Of a DNA stretch of 64,000 nucleotides, positions 54,525 through 64,000 are shown piece after piece. The DNA is from Paraspadella gotoi. Its lineage: Eukaryota > Animalia > Chaetognatha. The notes below the pieces were generated by a model. The model was not told where the DNA came from and made no database searches. It worked only from the letters and a program-made list of their open reading frames with translations. A program made the translations under genes and the position numbers. The stretch covers positions 15,478,105 through 15,542,104 of the forward strand of contig CM119267.1 of NCBI GenBank assembly GCA_051294375.1, given 5' to 3'. The stretch's first letter is position 1. Each line of letters opens with the position of its first letter.

Positions 54525-56350
54525 TCAGTTGAGAAATCTGCGGCATTTTTGGCTTCCACACCGACACGCCTGCCGTTTACGTGGCGTCTTTGCTTTGAAC
54601 ACAGTCGCTCCTGATGTTCCGGTAGTGGGGGAGGCGCGGTTGGAAACTGAAGCGTTTTTCACCGGAGAAAATATGATCTTTTTTGTCGGAGTTTTATTTT
54701 CATCAACACCAGAGCTTTCTGGAGCCGTGACGTAGACACTGGAGTCTAAGGAGGTGTCGGCGAAGTAAAGCGAATTTGAGAGTTGGTCGTTTCCTAAATC
54801 AAAATGAATGAATTAAAATAAAACTTTAGAGACACGAGCACCGAATAAAAGATTGCGTTTCAAATAAAATTGGATATAGATTATGGTAAAGTAATGATCA
54901 ATTTTTGCAAACCTTGGTACTCTCCATCATCGGACCGATCCAGAAAAGATTCATCATTTTCCAAGGACATCATATAATCGAAGGTCAACTCTTCTCCTTT
55001 CTTGACGTCCTTGCAAGCGAAGAGGCCCAGATAGGGCATCTTGACGTGGATGTTATTGATGAAAACGTTCTTGATCTTCATATTAGGGTCGCAACTGTGG
55101 TTGACGAAATGAGCCACGTTGCCAAACTTTGCGGCGTCGATGGTATAAAATTCGTCGCCCGGGACGTGGTCGTCGGCGAGATCAAGATCGAAGAGATAAG
55201 TCATGCCACTCTCGTCGTACACCTTGCCGCGCGCCTCCGCCTCCTCGTGACTGATGAGCTCCCCGAGATAGGTCATCACGTATTCGCCGGCTTTGACGTC
55301 GCGCAGAGTCTTGACTCCCCACCCGCGGTTATTTTCCGTGCGAAAGATGCAGACGGGAATTTTTCTTCCCCGTTGAACGACTCGGTTGTGACAGTCCGGT
55401 CCACAAGAGCAGAGACGGTTGCACTCATAGATCGGAGAGAAAAGGTCGGGATCGCGGAGCCGCTTTCGCTTATTGTAAGCCATGCTAGTCTCGTTGCGCC
55501 CAGGGCAACAATTTTTTCCTCCGCACTCGACGCAAGAACATCCCAGGAGAGGGTCGTCGGGGAAAAGGATGGGTAGGAGCGGCCTGTAGTCCGCAATGTA
55601 GGTGAAATCTTTGGGAGGACCTTCGTCGTCGACTTGGTTTTCCACGACGATCTTGGCAGAGTCGATCTCGTTCATCTCTCTCTCCCACTCTTTTAAGGCT
55701 TTTAACTGCTTCGCTCGAATGTCGTCGTTTTTGTTGATGCTGTCGTTAGTTTTATTTTTGTGGTTGTTGTTGTTTTTATCGTCCTTTTTCTCGAAATCGG
55801 GGGAGGGCGAAGGTGGTGACTTAGGAGACATCGCCAGCCACCGATTGAAAAATGGATTATTAGTTTTCATTTTCTTATTAGGCGTAGCAGCCTCGTCGCT
55901 GTCGTCTTGAGACGCACGTTTTCGCAGCATCGTAATTTGTACGCCATTTGATTTGGCAGGCACCGGAGTCAACGGCTGAGGAGTCGTCGAAGCACATTTT
56001 GGTGGGCTTTTCGGCGTCGAAGTACTCGTCGTGGACTCCACAACGAGCGACGCTTTACTTTTCAAGAAGCTGCGCCACGCTTTGTCCGCGGATTTCTTTA
56101 ATGCACAAAAAGCTGCAGGATTCTCTTTAGACATTTTCTTCATCCCCTCATGGTGGGCTTGGAGCAGCTTTGGGGCGCCGTCAAGATTGTGAAGAGGCTC
56201 CCAAGTGTTTTCGTCATCGCTGTAACCTTTCCATTTCACGTAGTAATAGTAATTGCGTTTGTATTTTATCACGTGATAAATAATTTTTTCGACTTCGTAT
56301 TCTGTTTCTTGTTCGTCTTTCTGTTCATTCCCCTCTCCAATGGAACTCAT
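54525..56350 (-). CDS. SUV39H1: Histone H3K9 methyltransferase SUV39H (chromo, pre-SET, SET, post-SET), 2 exons
   Basis: Chromodomain YEVEKI...YYVKWKGY...NTWEP, pre-SET cysteines, RGWGV, TYLFDLD, HFVNHSCDPN, ELTFDY, post-SET CRCGSQKCRRFLN in exon 2. Confidence 0.95.
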
Positions 56351-56875
56351 TCTGATTACCTAATCCTAGTCAAGAAAGTGGACCGTAATAAAAACGATTT
56401 TTGTCAAGAGAATTTTCGATCACATTGACAATGTTTCATTCTTAACTATTATGAACCGCACGACAAAAAAGAAGCAATTGAATCTAATTTTTGCCATCAT
56501 TTCAGGGATGAGGGCATAACTGATTACAAAAATAATAAATGGATTTACGTCTCACATGAGTTGTTAGAAATTTAATTTCTAGATTTTCATTCTCATCCAT
56601 GAAAAACTAAAAAGTTTAAATTAAACTAGGTATAACAAGCTGAATTGTAGATTCAATAAAGAATAACTTTTATTTTTTATATTTTATTGAAAGCATCTCT
56701 TAATTTTTTTTATAAATAAGAAAATATAATTCCATATAAATAAAGTTACATTATTTTTCAAAGGGAGTAAAACGAAAATGGGTCAAAAAAAGCGACAAAA
56801 AAACGTGACTTAGTTTATAAAAAAATTGCTATTAAGTCAACCCTAACTATTCATCACTATTCACTAAACATTCAA

Positions 56876-59800
56876 TCAGGACTTCGGCAAAGAGCATATT
56901 TCGCAAGTCGTTAGCTGGGGTTGGTTCAAAAATGTACAGTGCGGACACGCCCACATGGCGCCAGAAGAAGAAACGTTGACGGCCGAGGCGCCCGCTCCCC
57001 CGCTGGCCGCGGTTGCTCTGGGCGATGCGGCATCCAGAGGCCCGCCAGGTCCAGGCGTGGGACCCATCATGGGCTCCGGGGAGGGTCCTTGAGCCGCGAT
57101 AAGCTGTTCAACCGTGGCCCAGGCCTCTTCGTTGGCCCAGCTGGCGGCCAACTCGCGGTTTTTGGTCCGGACGGCATCGAGCAGGGGATCCAAAAACGGA
57201 CGCATCGGGTAGATGTCCATTTTAGCTAGGTAAAAGAGAAAATGAAGATCGGAAACAGCTTCGAGAAAAGTTCTTCGGTCGAATTGCGCCAAGTAGGTAG
57301 AGAGGGCGCCGAAGTCCTGCATCTCGCCCATAACTTCCCGATTTTCAGGGGGAAAAGAGCGCGAAGTCCCGACGGAAAAGTAGGAGCCGCCAGTTTCTTT
57401 AGACACGGCGGCGGGCACGTCGATTAGGAGGTATTCGAGGGGAAGAGGCCGACCGAGCTTAGTGACTTCATTGTTATATTCATCCTTGAGCTTATAGAAG
57501 ACGTCGGGAACATATTGCTCGTTGGAGGACTCTTTCACATAGCCTAGTTCAGGAGCGTCTCGACAGGGAACCATGCAGTTGTCGCGAACCAAGGCCATGC
57601 ACTGGTTGGAGACCTATACAAACATTCCATTAAATACGATTTACAAATTTAAACTACTCAAAGACATGCCTGGTATCCCTCTGGATGAATTTGGTTGTTT
57701 TTATCTCCGGTCATAACCACCGTAACAAATTTAGAGCCGAAAAATCCATCTGCCGACAGTTTGCACGGGTTGGGATTATCGCTTTGAAACTTCCCAGCCA
57801 TGATGCATTCCTTGTATTAAAAAAAAAAAATAATAAAATAAAATTGGGGGGAATTAAAAACTGGGTTGGCAAAAACCTGGGTTTTTTTGGGTTTTTTAAA
57901 ATTATAGATAGCAGACTGTCATATTAATTTTTTTTAAGATACAAATTTAAAATATTTAATTATTTATACTTCTTAAGTGATTACTGATAAAAATATATAA
58001 AAATATACTGATTATATTTAATAATAGTATTAATGAATTAATATTTTTTATGGTAAACAGAAATGTAATAAATATAAATATTATATTTTCTGAATAAAAC
58101 CTGTTATAAAAAAAGTGTATAAACTTAATTTTATTAGAAAATAGTAATTAAATACTCAAAATAATTTGATATAAATATGCATCATAAACATTTATATAAA
58201 TTACTAATACATTGAAAATTGAAGTACATCTTTAGTACGTGTTTTTGCGGAATTAACTTGTCTTTTGGGCTAAAAATAAATTTTGATGTTCGGATAAAAT
58301 ATTTGAGTTAATTTAATAATTCCTGACGCCAATATATATTTTCCCGCATTCTCGTTACTTTACTCCTGGTTAGGATACCTTTTCAGAGAATTCTTTAACG
58401 TGTGACTAATAGTCAAATATATAATTATATTGAAGTTTAATTTTTTCTGATAAATAGCTTTAAAAGAACCCTAACCTTGTGTTAAATAATAACGAGAGAA
58501 TAGCAATCATTTTTAATGTGTCGCTCTTTACATAATTTGCGATTCATGATTAGGATTACTTAATATAAGGAAAATGGTACAGAAGCCAGCAACAAAAGTG
58601 ATACTGATATTAAACATGTAAAACATAGGTTTAGGGTAATTTTTTATCATTAAATTATATAGTTTTGGGTGGGTTTTTTAATGCCAACCCTGATTAAAAA
58701 TGTCGTCGGGAGATAGCGTCTTTCACCTGCCCCGAAAGAAAATGAGAATCAACGTTGCCTCGATAATGTTTGACTGTCCCCTGCTGCAAATCGTCGGCCA
58801 TCAGATCGGTGAAGATCCATCCTATCCTGCGGAGACCCAACTTTGACGCCAAATCGTCGATTAGTTCTGCGTATGGATCCTCCAGCAGATCCAGACTATT
58901 GGTGGTAGACGTCTTTAAAAAGAAAAATTGACAAAAAGGAGGGATAAAGGAGCAAAATATAGTATTTTGGATTAAAGGTAAACAAATAAATTAAAGTTTA
59001 CTCAATACTCATACTCACTCGTTGATTCGCTTTAATTCGATATACCTGCGGTGGTTCGTAGATGGCACAGACTTTGGCCCGAATACCCAACGGGACCAGG
59101 GAGTGGGTTTCGTAAACTCCGTACATGAAACCAAGTCGCTGGTTGCCGGTGCGACGCCAATAATCCAGAAATCGGTCGACAATGAACGCATTCTCAAACA
59201 TGATGTTGTCCACATGACGATAAGTTTGTCGATTCAAAGTAACGGGACTATGAGAAAAGAATCGGGTTGAACCATACGACGTCATCGGTTTACTAGTTTC
59301 ATTTAAATTCCTAATAAATTACTTAGGTTGGCACTTAGAGCAAAGACCCTTGGGGTAAGGCGCATGCTCGGGACAGTTGGGCTTGACGCGACAGGAAATG
59401 TTTTCAAGGAAGACGTATTTATCCTTGGTCACGCCGCCCGTCAACTTGCGAAGGTGGGCGTGGAAGGACGTGAATTTGATTGGTGGATCGCAGCTTTTCA
59501 AGTAGTTCTCATCATAGGGTTCTGACAAGAAAATATGAAATTTTTAATTTAATTACAAAATACAGTAAGTCAGCACTCGATTAATTAAAATTCAGAACCT
59601 AGCGGGACGCAGTGAAGGCATTTCTGTTGGGTTCCATGGCGACAAAGTTGGGGATCACGTTGCCGAATGATTTGTCCGCTTTCTTTCCCCAAAATCTTGT
59701 CAACCTCATCTTCGATAACTTCCGACGCCTTACGAACCTCGGTCACTTCTTCCTCGCGCTTAAAGTAGAAAATTAATAAATTAGATAAGTAAATTAACGA

Positions 59801-60153
59801 ATAAGTTTTATTTTGAATAACATCCTTCCGAATCTTACCTGCCCTTGAATCCCTTCAACAGGCGGTTTAATCATGTGTCCGTTGGTAGTTGGAGCGGCTG
59901 GTGTTGCATCTTTGTTGGTTTCCGGTCCGAAGATGTAGAGCATATCACCGTGTTTGATTCCAGCGCCTTGCAGAGACGTCGCGGACGGCCTTAATTCTCG
60001 TTTCTTATCACGCGTTGTGTAGCAAGTCCAACCGGAGGGTCCGAGAGAAAATTCATTCCTCACTTTGTCCAAAAACGATTTGAGGGCCTCCGACGGCGGA
60101 GACGATATCCGCTTTGTCCCCTGCGGCGACTGGACGCGAACAATGATCGACAT
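56876..60153 (-). CDS. NPLOC4: Nuclear protein localization protein 4 (p97 cofactor), 8 exons
   Basis: [21 protein letters not shown]...[53 protein letters not shown]-terminal [13 protein letters not shown]...CEIC. Confidence 0.97.
57861..58692. mobile_element. Non-autonomous hAT-type element with 8-bp TSD in an NPLOC4 intron
   Basis: Ends CTGGGTTGGCA / TGCCAACCCTG, flanked on both sides by ATTAAAAA (57853-57860, 58693-58700). Subterminal GGGTTTTTT repeats. Confidence 0.85.
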
Positions 60154-60556
60154 TGCGCAAGGGTTAGTTGGTTTGGTTAATCGAGTTTTGGTAAAACTGA
60201 AATGTATAATAAAAGTAAAGCGACTTGTGAAAGCAAAATAACTCTTCCGAAACAAATAAAATTATATATCAAAAGCAATCACAGATTTGAGATCTTAAAA
60301 ATTAACAGAAAAACTTTGAAAGACCAATAGAAGTTAGAACGTCAAAAACAAATTACAAAACAAGAAATTCATCAGACAGTTTATACGATAAAACATCTCT
60401 ATACAAAAACTTCACTCAAATTTATAGGTAAAGTACTATAATATAATTAATCATCCTGAAAAACTAAAACAGTAGTACTTAAAAGGTAAATTTTAAAACT
60501 AAAAGACAAGATATAATAACCGTACATTAAAATAAAAATTAAAATTCTCAAATAAT

Positions 60557-63500
60557 TTAATAACCTCCCTGATCACCGAACAAATCCAAGATTCTGTCGT
60601 TAAAAGGATTAACTTCTCCCAAAACATGAGGACTGTACTTTTCTATTCTTTCCCAAAGGTACATTCCGACGAGAGCGACGCCGAACTGGTTAGGGTGAAA
60701 CCCGTCCACGGCTTCGATGAGTTGCCAACCTTCACCGCCAACTTTGATCCACTCTTTCGCTATATCATAAAGCGGACTCTCTTGCATAGTGATTTCAATG
60801 TTGCGCCATTTGCCCTGCTGTTCCTCTACAGTCTCTCGTAGAGCCAACGTGAGGTTGTTGGCGCGTTGCTGCGTTAGATTACGGGCCGTTTCATTGTTGT
60901 TCAGCCACCCTAAAGATAAAAACAGCTTTTTTTCTTTTTTTGAACGGTTAAAGAACGTGCTATTTTATTTAAACGGTTTCAATTGCGCACCAAAACAAGG
61001 AGTTATTTCCAAACAGTTCCAAAAATTGTACACATCGCCGTAAGTCACATCGTTCCACAAGCGACCTGGGATTCGTGAAAGAATAAGCAGAAACTTTTTA
61101 AATCTATTCGCCAACTAAGAAAGAATAGTGGGCCCTCACCTAACGGGTGAATACGATGATGGAGATTATCCCAAAGAAACCTTCCGTCGGGCATGCCGAT
61201 TATAACGAGTTGACTCCCAGCCGGCACGGTAGAATTAAGAAACTCGATAGTCTTTAACACGTTTTCCTTCATGACTTTCACAGTGGTCATGTAAGGAAGA
61301 GTGTCACGGTGCCAGTTGCAAACGTCGTTTCCGTTCAGCGAATAAAAGACAATCAATGGGTGATCTCTGGTTTGGTTGCGTCGAAGCATCTTCATGTTGA
61401 TGAGAGTGTCTTCGGAAGCGGCGCCGTTAACCGCGAGATTCTGCAAAACGATTCAAGTTATTGTGTTCATTTACACCAGTTGAAACAAACGCTTTAAGCA
61501 TTGAGCAGAATTACTTGGAAATCCCGATGGTTACAGCGATTTCTTTTTTTCATTCTCTTGTAAATTGAATCGACGGGTCCCTTGATAAAAGATGAAAAAT
61601 CCGTGGAGGGCAAAAACCCCGTGAACGACGACAACTGCGGCCAGTCGCCTATCGGATAGGGGCAGGTTTTAGTAACTCCTTATTTGATTAACAAATCCCT
61701 TTTCCCTCAAGCGCACGAGTCATTAACAATATGAACTACTTCACTTTATGTTTACCTTCGTTTTCAATGATGAAAGAACCGTTGATGAGAACTTTGTCTT
61801 GGAACTGCGTGGGGTCAAACCTTAAGAAAAAGGGTCATTCAATTCAACTTCAAAATAGGCAAAATGGAGTACAAATTCAGAAAGCAGAGCTCCTGGCGAT
61901 TCCGAAATGTATTCACTTTAAACATTTGATGCATTCTACCCCATTTTATATCGGTTTTAATTATAATATAAAATAAAAGAAACCTATCTGAAGAGTTGCA
62001 GGTCAAACGAAAAGGCCAATCCATCTGATATTTTTTATGAATTTTTATTACTGAATTAGAAAAATGTAATAGAGAGACATTTTTAAATTTCAACTTGTAT
62101 CCTTGAAAATGAAACGTTTTAAACTTTAACCCTGAATTTTTTCTAACTGGAACGCGTTTATCAAAATGTCTCTCTATTACATTTTTACAAATGTTTTTAA
62201 GATTGCTAATCAAATTTTTAATTCAATATTATTGCAGTCGTTTAGGCTGCAACTCTTCAAATTCAGTGTAGATTCATTGTAGCTCGAATTTCTTTACCAT
62301 CTATTTAACTGAAGATTTTGTTCATGACTGGAAAACCAACAGAGTAACGAGATTAATTGTTTAATTCTCCCCTTCTAAACTAACCCATACCGTGTTTTAA
62401 CTTCTTACCTAGAATTTTTTAACAAACAGATTGAAAAAAAAATCTTTAAAAAATGTGCTTACCCATTTAACTTAACAATTTCTTATTTACCGATTTCAAA
62501 AAAAATATTTAAAACACAATGTTGACATATGAATAAAAACTTTTTTTTGGTGATTACTGGTGATTACGATGTATTTCTCGATGTATTAGCTCTAATACAT
62601 CAATGATTACGTATTGTTATGCTGAATGACCTTTCCTCTTAAAGCAATTTTCGTTAATTTTAGTAAAAAATGAACCCTTTGTACGTCAACGTATTCACGG
62701 ATCGACGTACCACGACTCTGGCATGTGAAAATGAGCTCCAGCCGAATCTCCCAGCAGCACGATTCCACGCCTTGCCGTACCGGCGCAAAGTTCGTCCTCA
62801 TAGGAGGCACCGGTAACGGGATTAGTTCCAAAGATTCCATTACAATTAGAGTCTTTTTCGACATCTCCAGAGGCCGCAATTCTGCCGGGGTAGATAGATG
62901 CGTCGTTATCGTCGCAATCCTCTCCTCGCCAAGAAGAACCTTGAAATGTTAATTTTTTTAAAAAATTACTTAAAAGCGTGCTTTTGTCGGTTTATATAAT
63001 TCTTGTCGTAAAAGAACCCGATTCAAAACAATACCTCGTAGAGTTTTTTGAGTAGAAAAAAAATCGCGGTCCGAGTCGCTCACGACGGAGTGATTCGTAA
63101 AAATTTTTATCACTTCTTCGCAAAGTTCACGAACATATGGCAAATCGCAAAAGGACCATTCTGTAAAGGAAAACTTTTAAGCAAGGCGCAGGGAGAGAGA
63201 TGGCGAAGGGGGAGAAGAAGGAATGAGGAGAAAATGAAGGTCGGAAAAATAAAGGATAAAAGCCTTACCAAAATTAGGAGGACTTCCCAATAAACGCAGA
63301 TCGGAGACGAGTCTGTGAAAAACTTGGCGGGTGGAGGTCTTGGACTGTAAAAATGATTGGTAATGTTTTGGTGTTCTCTTTTTTTTCTGGTTAGCGGATT
63401 TTGGGCGATGAAAAAGAAAGCAGTTGGGCTGAGAAGGATCGTCCATTACGCAGATGTTCAACGAGTGACAAATGGCTTCCGGTGAATGTCTGCTCACGAG

Positions 63501-63557
63501 AGAACGAACGATTGACTTGCCAAACCAATAGACGACGGTGCGACACAAGTAAACCCA
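60557..63557 (-). CDS. AOAH: Acyloxyacyl hydrolase (lipid A deacylase), 5' end outside the window
   Basis: Saposin-like ...ICHSLNIC, LRGSSWRGEDCDD, DSNCNGIFG, catalytic LGDSAGAHFH, CNHRDFQNLAVNGA, GNDVC, IEAVDGFHPNQ, FGDQGGY. Confidence 0.95.
61831..62633. mobile_element. Possible degenerate TIR element in an AOAH intron
   Basis: Short inverted ends GGTCATTCA / TGAATGACC and an internal inverted pair gaagagttgcag / ctgcaactcttc (about 61990 / 62250). No TSD found. Confidence 0.35.
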
Positions 63558-64000
63558 CTGCATTAATAAATAAAGATTAAATACATACAGGAATTGCCTA
63601 CCACATATTTATTAGGGAAGAAAATGATACAATCAATTGCAATCAATATATTTCAGCCATGAGCAAGTCGCGGCGAATAAGTATAAGGATGGAACTTTTG
63701 ATGCAACCAAGAATGAGATTGAGTTCATTAATCTCATTTGCATATTGTCGTATTGGAACCCACTTTTAGGTATTTCAATTATAGTTTAAAGCCTCAGGAT
63801 TAACTCTATGCCTTGACTTGGAACAGAGTTGGCTTCCAATATGGCAGTCCCATTCTCTCTTAGTCATAGTCCTTACTTATTGGGCTAGGAATTATGTCAG
63901 ATGTATTATATATATGTTTATTAATAAAGACTCTCTTTCCTCTATAGCTTATCGATGCTTATGACTTTACTCCCCTTAAGCTAGCTATATGTTCAAGAAT

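Overview
Eukaryotic, intron-containing DNA from a very compact genome, most likely an invertebrate animal. I infer this from the gene set (APPBP2, WWOX, chromodomain SUV39H, C19orf12, AOAH, VKOR); the taxon cannot be fixed from the sequence alone. Manual splicing of the ORF fragments gives 28 protein-coding genes plus one candidate small ORF, and every one lies on the minus strand. In transcription order they are AOAH, NPLOC4, SUV39H, GTF2F2, VKORC1, WWOX, RPS6, SFT2D3, RPS15, ATP6V1A, TOE1, HYPK, PELP1, DHDDS, IDNK, SPNS, ETNPPL/PHYKPL, (smORF), STAMBP, LYPLA, UAP1, C19orf12, hexokinase, FAM241, MOB1, APPBP2, a novel ~1780-aa repeat/zinc-finger protein, STX7/12 and PPA. Stop-to-start spacers are only about 106-907 bp (median about 320 bp), and many start codons sit just behind an unpaired splice-acceptor-like AG. 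This points to a very long trans-spliced polycistronic unit or directional gene cluster that runs off both ends of the window. Other highlights: (1) an uncharacterised protein with six copies of a dsRBD-like 'SDY...RYDxLC' module, a BEL/Pao-Gag-like zinc-knuckle block and three U1-type zinc fingers; (2) about five GC-AG introns and one apparent TT-AG intron among roughly 100 short introns; (3) a hexokinase with altered sugar- and ATP-binding motifs; (4) four well-defined TIR elements, all inside introns; (5) a highly structured GC-rich element in a VKOR intron. All gene models, identities and coordinates were derived by eye, with no database search.
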